Shown here: positions 1 through 11,859 of the stretch, in pieces
Layout: the number at the start of each line of letters is the position of its first letter
How positions within the stretch are numbered: position 1 is the first letter of the stretch
DNA from: Octopus sinensis
Taxonomy: Eukaryota
Direction of reading: 5' to 3'
Assembly (NCBI RefSeq): GCF_006345805.1
Contig: NC_042998.1
Location: 149,172,001 to 149,236,000 of the forward strand
DNA: 64,000 nucleotides
Program-made: the position numbers and the translations under genes
Notes under the pieces: generated by a model
Database searches by the model: none
The model's input: only the letters and a program-made list of their open reading frames with translations
Told to the model about the DNA's origin: nothing

Positions 1-39
1 CAGGCAGTTCAATAGCTAAGTAGGTAGGTAGGTAGACAG

Positions 40-76
40 ACTGACGGACACATAAATAGATAGATAGATAGATACA

Positions 77-149
<73 letters not shown>

Positions 150-190
150 TGTTGTTGTTGTTGTTGTTGTCGTCGTCGTCGTCCTTGCTG
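40..190. repeat. Compound microsatellite (TAGA)n-(GTA)n-(GTT)n
   Basis: Directly visible tandem units. Confidence 0.95.
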
Positions 191-2301
191 TTGTTGACGA
201 TGTTGTTTAGCTTCCAGATCAGTCCTGTTCGACAGATATATCCTCAAGGACATTCTAGCCATGACCATCTCCTATTATAAAGGTTTTTAAGATTATGTTT
301 GTTCGTTCTTTCAACTCCCTGTCCTCTGAGTTCAGATCTCGCCAAGAGATTAATTTCGCTTTTCATCTTGTTTTTGAGGTCGATAAAAAGAGTACCAAAC
401 GCGTGTAGTGGTATAGTAGAGATGATAGAAGGCGGTACGTGATGCCTTGTGGTAATCGAACCGGCTGTTTGCCCTCTAAAAACAATGTCTGTAATGATAC
501 TGGTGCCCTAATCTAACCACATTTAACTGAAACAACAGCGGTGTCATGGTGACAGAGAGAATTGCATGACAGAGCATTGGTCAGTCTTCTAAAACCACCC
601 CCACCACTACCACCATGTTTAGGCCTGCGAATAAATGAGCAGAAACAGTAAATTCTTATTGACGGCATCCCCAAGATATCCATTGTATCGTTCCCCTTTT
701 TGAAGATGTTGGGATATGATTTAAGGGGACATTTATTTGTTGTTTCTACTGGGTTAAACGACCGAAAAGAGATTCTCTCAGTGGTTCGAGTGAAAGTAGA
801 ACTATCAGCAACTCTGTTCTGCGATTTTGATATCCTCAAACTGTTGGTATTTCCAAAAACTTACAGCAGAGTAGACTCCGCTAAAGGTTACCAAGCGTCA
901 TAGGTCATGTTAAAGCAGACGGTATGGTACGGATAACCTCTAAAAAGGGCACAAGAAAATGAGGTTGGAGCCATAGGAGTTAAACACATTAAAGAATAAG
1001 ATAATAATGATGATTGCAATAATATTATTAATGATTTTGTGGCATCGGCCCAGGACTATAAATTTATAAAGGATTTTGTTGATTGAATCACCACCCCGCC
1101 GCTGATAATGGCAGCCGTTTACTTTATCAACCCGGCCTACGATGAAAGTTAAGGTCGGCCTCTGTGGGATTGATCTCAGGAACTAAAGAGATGCGATTAA
1201 GATACTACGAAGCATAATAATAATATTGATTAGTAACATTTGTAACGGAGAAAACATTTTGGTGAAGGGCAGAGTCGATTAAATAGACATCAATAGTTTA
1301 TTGGCACCGGCGGAACAAATGAAAGCCAACTTGACCCTGATGGGAGGAACACAGAACGTAAAGGAACGTAAGTAAATACAAGGCTAGAAATTCGAAAGAA
1401 AGGAAGTCTATCGACTGATCAATCCAAATAAGTATTAGTAATGCTTTTTTATTAACCTTCCTCGATGGGGTGAAGAAAATGGTTGTAGTGGTGGTGGTGG
1501 TGGTGGTGGTTGTTGTGGTGGTAGTGGTGGTTGTGGTGATGGTGGCGGCGACGGCGGTGGTGGTGGTGGTGGGTCATGTTGCTTTTGATGATTTTTGCTG
1601 AAGATTTGGTCTAGAGATATCGCCTCAAAAACAATCCAGCCATGATCATCTCTTTTCATTTTTTTCGGGTATAGTTTATCTCGCAGGACGACATTGCTTA
1701 AAATAACACGTTGTAATTTGAAGGACATTTGTCTGCCATTTCTTGCATGCGGAGAGATTGCATGCATGCTCTCTAATAACTGACTCGCGATAATGGTTAT
1801 GATGATGGTGGCGGTGCTGGTGGTGGTCCTGGCGGTGGATTCAGCGGCGGTGGTGGTGAGGACGACGTAATACAAAAGTTATGTGTACTAATATGATTAC
1901 GCTCCACATGTGTGTGTCTGTGTGCTGTATATGTTTGAGTGTCTCTGTGTGTGTTTGTGTGTATGGGTGTATACATAACTAAATGAACATGCGTATAATG
2001 ACTCTATATGTCATTTTGTACGTTGTGTGTGCAGTGCACACGTGATTATATATGATTGTCTTGTGTGTATTGTGTGTATTTTTGAGAGAGTCTGTGTATG
2101 TGGGAACACTACTACTATGTATGTATGTACGTATGTTTGCATGTATGTATGTACGTATGTATATATATATTTTGCATTACGTATGTATCTGAGAATGCAT
2201 ATGGGATTACATGGGCATATGCAGTCTTTTTTGTTTGTTTGTTTGTATTCACTTGTGTATGTGTGTGTATATTAATGTTTTTTTGTGTCGAAGTAGATGT
2301 C

Positions 2302-2339
<38 letters not shown>

Positions 2340-2501
2340 CGCGCGTGCACTCACGCTCGGATGTGTGTAATCACTCGCGTGTGCGTGAGTTGCTCAAAGG
2401 ATATGGGAAAGAACTGATAGATAAAGAATAATTAATTGAATTGGTCGGCTGGAGACGAAGTGTGAATCAGATTTCAAGTTGTAATGATAATAATGATGAT
2501 G

Positions 2502-2559
<58 letters not shown>

Positions 2560-2560
<1 letters not shown>

Positions 2561-2940
2561 TGCCCTGATGCAGTACCAGGCAGTGGCTCTCATGGCTTCT
2601 GATCTTAACTGATTGGAAGTGTTATCATGTACATTGTTTTGTCTTGGTATAAAAGATGGGCTACAGCAAATATTCTGCTCAATACCACAGATTTGCTTGT
2701 CAGTTGTTTGACCGTAACCAGTTGAGCATGTCCCTTAATGGCTGACGATATGTGCATCTCTGATCACGAGCAGAAGTAGTGGGGGAGCATCATAGCCATG
2801 TGTTGAGAGGGATTCTTTGGGGTTTGAATAGTTCACCTATGGAAACATGGGTGGTTCTTTCAACATCCTTAAACAACCCTTATTCAGGGACCGTTTGAGC
2901 GGGATGGGCTACTCAACCTGAAGAAAATTCTAACCAGTGG
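2560..2940 (+). mobile_element. Dispersed interspersed repeat (retroposon-like), second partial copy at ~42715-42900
   Basis: gcatcatagccatgtgttgagagggattctttggggtttgaatagttcacc...cttaaacaacccttattcagggacc recurs, diverged, at 42715-42870. Confidence 0.6.
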
Positions 2941-2941
2941 A

Positions 2942-3640
2942 ACACATCCTTTCCATAGGAAGCGGAAAAGTAAACGCTTCAGTTTGGCCAAATACGGATT
3001 AGGTCATGGTATAATGATCAAGCGATAAGTTATTAAAGAGGCGAGGTGAGCATTTTTACCTCTAAGCAAGCGCCAGTGTGCATTGCTGCGATCCAGCCAT
3101 TGAAATCGTGTCCGAAACCTGTTGCTTGTAAGACTTCCTATCGAAAGCATTTGACTGTTCAAAATTGATCAGAGCCTCACTAATACCAGATTTATTGTCC
3201 ATTCTCTCTATGATACAACACACGAGATGGAGGTTGTCGTGGATGAATCTATTGGGGATCGCACACGTTTGAGCTTCTCCGACCAAACCATCTACCACGA
3301 GTACCAACCTCTTTGCAAATACCTTGGCCCGAATTTTAAACTCTACATTTAGTAAGGTTATGGGCCGAAAAATGTCTATAATAACCCCTGTACTGGCATC
3401 CTTTCTCTGCAAAATTAACACACCTCAGTTCACAAACCTGAGAATTTTCTCGTTTTGCTGCCAGTTGTGATAGACATTTACCAAGAGATCACCAAACAGC
3501 TCTGGCATATGACTATAAAACTCATAGGGAAGACCATCTAAACCGAGCTATTTGACCCTTGTGCAGTCACTCAATATTTCTCGAGTTTCAGTTGTTGCTA
3601 TTGGCCTTTCATCTCTAACCTCTTCTTCCGAGGCCGTCGA
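2942..3640 (-). mobile_element. Decayed L1/Tx1-clade LINE ORF2 fragment (RT N-terminal part plus a piece of the post-RT region)
   Basis: Minus-strand translation gives K*LGLDGLPYEFY, RPITLLNVEFKIRAKVFAKRL, QTCAIPNRFIHDNLHL, LINFEQSNAFDR and, after a gap, YLAKLKRLLFRFLWKG; in-frame stops present. Confidence 0.9.
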
Positions 3641-3689
3641 GGTAGGTGCATAATTCATTGTGGCCTATCGCTTTCCCCGAATAGTTGGG

Positions 3690-3738
<49 letters not shown>

Positions 3739-3901
3739 GACAATATAGGACCGAGGTAACTGATCCAGAAGTTAAACACAAAAAAATAGAAGAGTGCCAT
3801 ATCATGTGAAATTCGTTGAACAATATTTCGGCATCTAGCGTACCTTCCACAGGTTCAAAATTACATGTCAGTCTTCTTTTTATTTGTGTTTAATGATTTC
3901 A

Positions 3902-4070
3902 GGTTTTGGCACAAGGCCTGCAATTTCGGGGTGAGGCTTAAGTCGATTACATCGACCCCAGAGCTCAACTGATAATTATTTTATTGGACCCGAAAGGATG
4001 AAAGGTAATGTCGATTTCGGCGGCATTTGAATCCAGAAAGTAAAGACGGACGAAATGCTTAGCGACATTT
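3902..4070 (-). mobile_element. tRNA-derived SINE, family A
   Basis: Reverse complement of the family-A body (gtcgattacatcgacccc, aaaggatgaaagg, aaagacggacgaaatgc) seen more than 10 times in the window. Confidence 0.85.
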
Positions 4071-5286
4071 CGTCCGTCTCTCGTTAGCGTGCCAGTTTGG
4101 CAACACTTTAGACTGATTCCTTTTTAATGCTCATTCCTGAAAAGACGAAAGGCAAACTTGTCGGTAGTGGGATTTTAACTCAGAAGACAGAGTCGTAATA
4201 AATACCACGGATATTCTATCAGACGCTCTACCGACTGTGCCTATTAGCCGCCAAGTTTCACATAACCATTAATATATTGCAAAAATCACCGAGGTTGAAC
4301 AATATCTGAGGCAACTTAATGCTACTGACTTATCTTCCCTTTCTATCCCCACGCCACCCTGAGTGTGTATGTATGTGTGTATGTGTGCAGAATTTACCTT
4401 TATGTTGTTGTTATTGTTAATACCTAGCTCCTGTTTGTGAATAAATGGCCTCTGGTCCTCGTGCAAGCGTCTTATCTGTCATTCAGAGCCAAGATTTTCA
4501 CCTGAACATCTAATCCAACACGACTGGACTCATTCCAGTCACATTTTGTTTTTAAACAGTTGATCCAAAACTAGATGCATTAAATGAAACGAAGTTAGAG
4601 ACACGAGGTCAGAGCATGGTAGTAACTGTTTGAAAGCCTATTATATGGTAACAGCTACTGCATTTATTATGAAAATCATGAGATGATTTTAAATGTGAGC
4701 CTGCAATCAAACCAGCCCTACATATTGGTTTCAAATTCTAGAACAAGACTAGCAATTTCGGGGGAGGGGTAAGTCGGTTACAATGACTGCAGTGTTTGTT
4801 CAACTGGTACTTATTTTATTGACCCCGAAAGGATGAAAGATTAAGTCAGCCTGTAAAAAACAAAATAGGAATTTTAAAGAAGTTTGTATTAAAATAGTTT
4901 TTAAACATCGAATGACTATGGGGTCCATCGGAATAAAATAGTAACCCAAGGGGTCCATAGATAAGAAAAAATGGTTGAGAACCCCAGCTCTAAGTGAAGT
5001 TGACAAACACTGTAACTCTAACAGTTTCACAAGAAGATAAGCGTTTCCACTCTGGCGCTTCAATTATATGTTGGTATATTCTCTCGTATGTTCAAACTTT
5101 TCTGATGTTTAGAAACAGAGACAAAGATAAATAGAACGAAGCACTTATTTAAGTGGGCTAAGTTTAAAACAAAATGACGGCCGTTAGCATTTCGCATCTT
5201 CTGGATAAAACTGAAAATTGCTTGTAATGTGTGCATAGAATATCTATTCAAATATTTCTGTATCGTTATTATCGTTATTATTACCG

Positions 5287-6545
5287 CTTGACCGTCGGCC
5301 CTTGTCCCAACCGCTGGTTGGCCAAGCTGGTGCGCTTGCCCTTTGACTTTTTGTGGAAGGGTCAGGTACCACTGGTCAGGCGATCCATCTGCTGTCAAAG
5401 GCCGCTGAACGGAGGCTTTGGCATATCGTGGTTACTGATGCGCAGGCATGCGCTCAGGCTACGGCATCTCAAGTGTTTCCTAGACGGTGAACAGGTGTGG
5501 TCGTCTTTTGTCAGATGCGACTTTCCGCAGCTCGTCTCTTTGATAGAGCTGCAAACCTGGATCAAACGCAGACCGAGAAAGGGTGCTAGGCACCTCGAGT
5601 GCCGTCAAGCTCTCTCCACCCTCCACCAAGCGGGCAATGCGATCGGTCGTAGTTCCACTCTAGCGTTCTATAGAGGGTTAGTGGAAGAAAAGTGCAACGA
5701 CGTTCTCGGGGAAACTCTAGGCGTTGACGATAATGAATTGAACAGTCTGTTTGGAAGAACTTTCGGGCCGAGGCCAATGGACAATTTCCCAAAGCCCCTC
5801 GCCTGGCAGTGCTACCGAGGGGCTCTGCCTGTTCGAGATAAACTCTACCAGTACGGAAGTGCCATCAGCCGGGCCTGCCCGAGGTGCGCCCAAGACGACG
5901 AAACCGTCCTGCACGCACTCGTCCAGTGCCCGAGTATTGCTGAACTATGGGTTTATGTCGAACAGCTACTGTCGCGTATAGGACGGATCCGGCTATCAGC
6001 TGAATCCATAGTGAGGATTACCTCCTTTAACAAGGAGGGAAAGGCCGTTTTCCTGTGTCTAGTGGCTGTAGCGAAAGAGGTGGTATGGTGGACCCGTTTG
6101 AAAGGGCTAAGGTCAGACACTTTCTTCTTTGGCCAAGGCCTCATCAACTTTTTCTAGTTTCACTTGAAAAGGAAGGTGAGAGTAGAGAGGGAAGTGCTGT
6201 CTGATAGCAAGTTTACTGAAAGGTGGGTAAATGTCGCAAGAATGGCCAGTATAAATGGACCAATTCTGAGGTTACACCTGTAGTATAAAAAAGTATTATA
6301 AAAGGAGAAAGGGGCTCTCTACCCCACTTTTGACCAGGCTTCCGTGGCTTTTATGGGTTTTTCCACGAGTAACCTTTCGAAGCGCCTCCCCCTATTGGGA
6401 ATTTCAGTTGTTATATTTTCGTTGTTATCTCTGGAATTTTTACATGGGTTTTGCAAACGGACAAAACCCTTTGTAACTTTCGTCCTGTGTTTTGTCCCTT
6501 TATGTTTTAATTAATTTCTGTCAGCCCTTGTGGCCAATAAGCGAA
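5287..6545 (+). mobile_element. 5'-truncated L1/Tx1-clade LINE 3' end (post-RT region, zf-RVT-like Cys/His knuckle, 3' UTR, (TTA)n tail)
   Basis: FDFLWKGQVPLVRRSICCQRPLNGGFG, LAWQCYRGALPVRDKL, CPRCAQDDETVLHALVQCP; premature TAG at 6155-6157, frame continues to TAG at 6281-6283; ends at (TTA)n near 6547. Confidence 0.9.
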
Positions 6546-6561
6546 TTTATTATTATTATTA

Positions 6562-6714
6562 TTGAGTGAGAGAGCAGTTCATGCCATCAAAGTGACACTG
6601 GGGTAAAATATACGAAGCCCAATTTTTCCTCAACATGACTACCCGTCTGATAAGGGTACACCTGGCACATGCATCACAACCATATGTGCGCGACATGGTG
6701 ATCTCATATCAAGG

Positions 6715-6715
<1 letters not shown>
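6562..6715 (+). mobile_element. Short interspersed repeat; inverted partial copy at ~42905-42995
   Basis: gccatcaaagtgacactggggtaaaatatacgaagccc...ctacccgtctgataagggtacacc matches the reverse complement of 42905-42990. Confidence 0.65.
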
Positions 6716-6768
<53 letters not shown>

Positions 6769-6866
6769 AATAATATCATCATCATCATCATCATCATTAT
6801 CATCATAATCATCATCACCACCACCACCATCATCATAATCATCGTCGTCGTCGTTATTGTTGTCAT

Positions 6867-7535
6867 TAAGGCGGCGAGCTGGCAGAATCATTAGTACGCC
6901 GGAGAAAATACTTAGCGGCATTTCGTCCGACTTTACGTACTGAGTTCAAATTCCACCGAGGTTGACTTCGTCTCTCATTCTTTCGGAATCGATAAATTAT
7001 GTACCAGTGAAACACTGAGGTTGATGTAATCGACTTATCCCCTCCACCGAAATAGCTGGCCTTGTGGCAAAAATTTGAAGCTATTATTATTATTATTATT
7101 ATTATTATTTAGGCGGCGGGCATGCAGAATCGTTAGTACGCCGGAGAAATTGCTTCGCGGCATTTCGTCCGTCTTTATGTACTCACTTCAAATTCCGTTG
7201 GAGTCGACTTTGTCTTTCATTCTTTCGGAGTCGATAAATTAAGTACCAGTTAAACACTGGGGTCGATGTAATCGACTAATCCCTTCCCCCCAAAATGCTG
7301 GCCTTGTGCCAAAATTTGAAGTCATTACTATTATTCTTAAGGCGGTGAGCTACTAGAATTGTCAGCGCGTCTGACAAAATGCTAAGCAGCATTTCTTCTG
7401 CCTCTACTTTCTGAGTTCAAATACTGCTGGAGTCAACTTCGCCTTTCATATATTCGGGGTTGATAAAATAAGGCACCCATTTAGTACTGGATTTGATGCT
7501 AACATTGCTAGCCTTGTGCCAAAACTTGAAAATAT
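6867..7535 (+). mobile_element. Three head-to-tail family-A tRNA-SINEs (6867-7082, 7111-7323, 7339-7533)
   Basis: Each starts aggcggYgagctggcagaatc (A-box-like), has gagttcaaattcc (B-box-like; altered in some copies) and ends in an AT-rich/(TTA)n tail. Confidence 0.9.
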
Positions 7536-8218
7536 TAATATTATTTAGCTCCAAGTCAGCCCTAATTGAGAAAGCGTTCTATCTTTGACCACTCTGTGGT
7601 TCTGTATATCCAGAATTACATTAATGCTTGAATGAGACAGTATAATTTGAAGGAGTTTAGATGCTATATCCAGCAAGTCAACCGATCGAGTCTATACTTC
7701 TACATTTTTATGAGTCGCTCATAGATTTGAATTACTTAATTACAGAACATAATTAATTTCATGATGAGATCTCACAAATTTGTTAAATATGTCAAGCGTT
7801 TCATTACGAGAGCTTTTTTGTTTTTGTTAATCTTTCAGTCAGTCTGCGAAGGTAGTGTCTATGAACCGTTCTAGAAAATCCGAGATGGCTAAGGGACATC
7901 TTGGCATAGTCGTTTTGGTGCCACCTGCTTGGCATCACTGATTGGACACTGACTTTTTTAACATGATTTTAATATTTCTCTCTATCTCTCACCTTCTGTC
8001 TCTTACCCCTCTCTATCACAGTTTCTCTCAGTCACTTTTCTCTCTCTTTCGATTTATGTGTGTAAGGATATTTCTCTTTATATGTGTGAAGCGACAGAAA
8101 GTGTTTATGTCAATCGTGTACAGTTAATATATTCTAATTTTTCTCCCTGTCTGTCTGTCTGCCTCTCTCTCTCTCTCTCTCTCTTTCTCTCCCCCTCTCT
8201 TTCTCTCTCTCTCTCTTT

Positions 8219-8402
8219 GCAGAATCGTTAGCACATCGGGCAAAATGCTTAACGACATTTCGTTCGTCTATACGTTCTGAGTTCAAATTCCGCCGTGGTC
8301 GACTCTGTTTTTCATCCTGTCGGAGTCAATAAAATAAGTACCAGTAGAATACTGAGGTCGATGTAACTGACTTAGCTCCACCTCCGAAATTTCAGGCCTT
8401 GT
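8219..8402 (+). mobile_element. tRNA-derived SINE, family A
   Basis: gcagaatcgttagcac...gagttcaaattccgcc...gtcaataaaataagtaccag. Confidence 0.85.
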
Positions 8403-8718
8403 ACTTACAGTAGAAAGGACATTTCAGCACACATACCTGTATGTGAGTATGTGTCTGTGCTTGCCTCCAGTGCCAAAAAGTGATGTTACCGAAACAGGTT
8501 GACTGTCCACTCAGCCACGCCAAATCGTCAGCGTCCAAATAGCTGCGCCAAATAATCTCATTCCGACCTGAAATTGCGTGGAGGCGAGGGAAAGAGCAAG
8601 GTATTCTGAAACTAGAGACTCGTCCGAATGCTTGCAACAGATTGTACTCCACTAAAGGCACACAAAATACCCAGTGAGAGTGTTTTAAGCCAAGTGAATT
8701 GAAATATCACATAGATAT

Positions 8719-8935
8719 TGGTTTCCAAGTTTATCACAAGGCCTGCAATTTCGTGAGAGGAATGAGTCGATTCCATCGATACCAGTGCTCAACTGGAACT
8801 TTATTCTATCGACTTCGAAGGGATGAAGGGCAAAGTCGACCTCGGTGGTATTTGAACTCAGAACGTAAAGACGGACGAAACGCTACTAAGCATTTCCTCC
8901 GGTGTGTTAACGACTCTGTCAGCACGCCATCTTAA
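8719..8935 (-). mobile_element. tRNA-derived SINE, family A
   Basis: Full-length reverse-complement copy (tttgaactcagaacgtaaagacggacgaaa). Confidence 0.85.
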
Positions 8936-9163
8936 GATATTACAGAGATAGTGAAGAGGATAATTCCCTGACTTAAGACAAATCTTAATTCTGCTTTATT
9001 ATTTTTTTATGAGCACGTATTTTGATTGGTTTTAATTATTGTCCATTACCAGATGTGTGTTATTAATTTGTAAAACAGAAAGAAACCAACATATCTGCTC
9101 CTCAGTTTTAGGCTAACCCATAATTTTTGTTTTCTTCCTGTTTAGGAGGGTTTACAAAATAAC

Positions 9164-9197
<34 letters not shown>

Positions 9198-9212
9198 ATA
9201 TATATATATAGC

Positions 9213-9256
<44 letters not shown>

Positions 9257-9289
9257 AATAATGAATTAGATGGAGAAAATGTTGTAACA

Positions 9290-9359
9290 TCGCCTGCAAG
9301 ATTCGAACGCAGTGTCTGCTGAAAACTATGCATTTGTGCTAACCACTACACCAAAGCAA
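9290..9359 (-). pseudogene. tRNA-like sequence (tRNA pseudogene or isolated SINE head)
   Basis: Minus strand reads gttgctttggtgtagtggttagcac...ctgcgttcgaatcttgcaggcga: A-box/D-arm, B-box/T-loop, ~70 nt, imperfect acceptor stem; anticodon arm degenerate. Confidence 0.45.
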
Positions 9360-9568
9360 CAGCGCAACGCTTGACCGTCTAAATTAAGTTGCTTTTATGA
9401 CATACATACATACACAAATACATACATACACACATACATACATACATGCATGCACACACACACCTACATACATATATGGTGGCTGCCCCCTCGTTATACA
9501 TACACACATACATATTTGTGTGAAAGCGCGAGGCCTAATGTTTAGAATGTGTACTCACACACACACAC

Positions 9569-9613
<45 letters not shown>

Positions 9614-10494
9614 ACATACACACACAGGCACACACAAGTATACCATCGGACGGTATCAAAATTGTCATATTACTCAGTTGATAACTGATGGCGTTTTAGA
9701 ACCTGTTTACGCTCGTTTCCTACTTTTTATTTTCCTCTGTATAATTTCATTCTGTCAGTTGTGCCACCTTTTTGATATTACTGTCACACTATATACTGTT
9801 ATTCACAGATAAACATTGATAAAGGTTGCTGCATCCCTTACCCCCATTCCCTCTATACAGTACCCTTTTGTTGTCCGCCATCTTGGTAAGCCATGATGTA
9901 GTAGATGTATCCTCAAAGATCTTCAATTTGTAACCACCACGTTTATTTTTATATATATCTAGGACTGACATTGTCCTGTATATCCTTCACATTTGAAGAC
10001 ATTTGCATGAATTTAAAGCTGGTGTTTCTAGCAACTCAAATGACAGCGTGGAGACTCTTGATGGTTCGTTAGAATAAGTAGGATTGATGTAAGGAAATGA
10101 ATATCGAATGAAAGAGAGGGTGAAGAAATATAGTTAAACGACTAGAGAATGAAAGGTGAGAAGGAAATAGATAAGGAGTAACTGAAATGAAAGAAAGGCA
10201 GAAAAACAGAATGAAAATGAGATGAACTATTTAATGTGAAGAAATTAGAACGAATCAAAGGAAATGAATAATAGCAAGGAAGAGAAAAAGAATGAAAGAA
10301 TATAAGAAAAAGAGATGAAAAGATAACAAACATGAATTATGTTGGAGTGAAAAATATATAAAGGGAAAGAAAAAAGAGAGGAAAAAATGAAAGGACGTCA
10401 AGAGGTGGTGGTGGTGGGAGAAATACAGACACAAAGACACACACACATAGATACACATACATATAAATGTGTGTATGTATGTGTGTGTGTATCA

Positions 10495-10590
10495 ACAACA
10501 TAGCACCTTGGGTAAATGTCTTCTACTGTAGACTCGAGCCGACCAAAGCCTTGTGAGTGTATCTGGGAGTCGGAAACTGAAAGAAGCCTG
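10495..10590 (+). mobile_element. Partial SINE, family B (CORE-like accttgggYaaRtgtctt segment)
   Basis: gcaccttgggtaaatgtcttctactgtagactcgagccgaccaaagccttgtgagt...gaaagaagcctgtcg. Confidence 0.8.
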
Positions 10591-10617
10591 TCGTATATAT
10601 ATATATATTATATATAT

Positions 10618-10661
<44 letters not shown>

Positions 10662-10672
10662 ACGACAGGCTT

Positions 10673-10720
<48 letters not shown>

Positions 10721-10722
<2 letters not shown>

Positions 10723-11003
10723 TAATATAAGGGTAGCAAAAAAATTCTAGAAAAAATTCTCCGCTACCAGCGGTCTAGTGAGAAAGAAAAGATAGTCTAA
10801 GACTATATAATATACATTCAACAATATAAGGAATGGCCATATAGGACATTCGACTCACTAGAAAGAGCAGCCAAAACTCATACCCCTAAATAGTTGTAAT
10901 TCTGAAATAGAAAGAGAATTACAAAAATTTAGCGGTATGAGTTTTGGCTGCTCTTTCTAGTGAGTCGAATGTCCTATATGGCCATTCCTTATATTGTTGA
11001 ATA
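10721..11003. mobile_element. Truncated fold-back copy of the HHR-monomer family (no ribozyme core retained), flanked by (AT)n
   Basis: Inverted arms 10817-10903 / 10915-11003 (attcaacaatataaggaatggcc...tgtaattct and its reverse complement); homologous to 29050-29230. Confidence 0.8.
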
Positions 11004-11021
11004 TATATATATATAATATAT

Positions 11022-11063
<42 letters not shown>

Positions 11064-11099
11064 ATATACATACATATATATGTATGTGTGTGTGTGTGT

Positions 11100-11300
11100 C
11101 TGTGTTTGTGCTTGTCCCCATTCCATCGCTTGACAACCAATGCTGGTGTATTTACGTCCCCGTAACTTAGCGGTTCAGCAAAAGAGGTAGACAGAATAAG
11201 TACTAGGCTCACAAGGAATAAGTCCTGGCGTCGATTTGTTCGACTAAAGGTGGTGCTCCAGCATGGCCGCAGTCAAATGACTGAAACATGTAAAAGAATA
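11100..11300 (+). mobile_element. 3' half of composite family B SINE
   Basis: gcttgacaacc...ttagcggttc...gaataagtact...gctccagcatggccgcagtcaaatgactgaaac; same orientation as the composite at 41820-42240. Confidence 0.8.
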
Positions 11301-11704
11301 TATATATATATACACTTTCAGTGTTTTCAAATCCAAACCAGGGAGTTCTGAGCTGATGATAGAAGTGTCGTGTTGACTAATCTTGAAACGTACGTTCTCA
11401 AATAACCTTTGCACTTGATTTTTTAATGTCTCTACCCCCATATTTGCGTGAGTTGAATTGAGCAAACACTATATGAGAGAGGTTTTCTTTAAGTATTAGA
11501 AATAGTTTAAAAAAAATTTTTTTAGCTGCTATTTCTAATGAGTTCAGTATGCGGCAAAGTAATTTATTTTACTAAGCCCTTTTATATAATGTAATAATTT
11601 GAATTCGCCTTAAATGGTCCCTTTGCATACTGAATACTTGGTGAAATTGATTAATTAATTAATTTTACCCTCAATTGTTGAAATTATATATATATATATA
11701 TAAA

Positions 11705-11835
11705 TGACGGGCTTCTTTCAATTTCCGCCCACCAAATCTACTCACAAGGTTTTGGTAGAAGACACTTGCACAAGGTGCCACGCAGTGGGACCGAAAGCGG
11801 AACGATGTGGTTGTGAAGCAAGTTTCTTAGCATAC
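11705..11835 (-). mobile_element. 5' half of family B SINE
   Basis: gacgggcttctttcaatttccg...gacacttgcacaaggtgccacgcagtgggacc. Confidence 0.8.
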
Positions 11836-11859
11836 AGCTATGTCTGCGCCTATGATGAC

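Noticed and set aside
513-868. Minus-strand open frame of ~118 codons
   Set aside because: No recognisable domain or convincing splice sites; the length is compatible with chance.
1435-1875. Minus-strand ORF with protein-like middle (SFKLQRVILSNVVLRDKLYPKKMKRDDHGWIVFE) as an exon
   Set aside because: The HGWIV part is the reverse complement of the dispersed acaatccagccatga repeat, and both ends are (GGT)n microsatellite.
8392-8661. Possible exon on either strand
   Set aside because: The + strand AG..GT-bounded segment has stops in all three frames. The - strand frame is open but has a weak donor and no recognisable homology.
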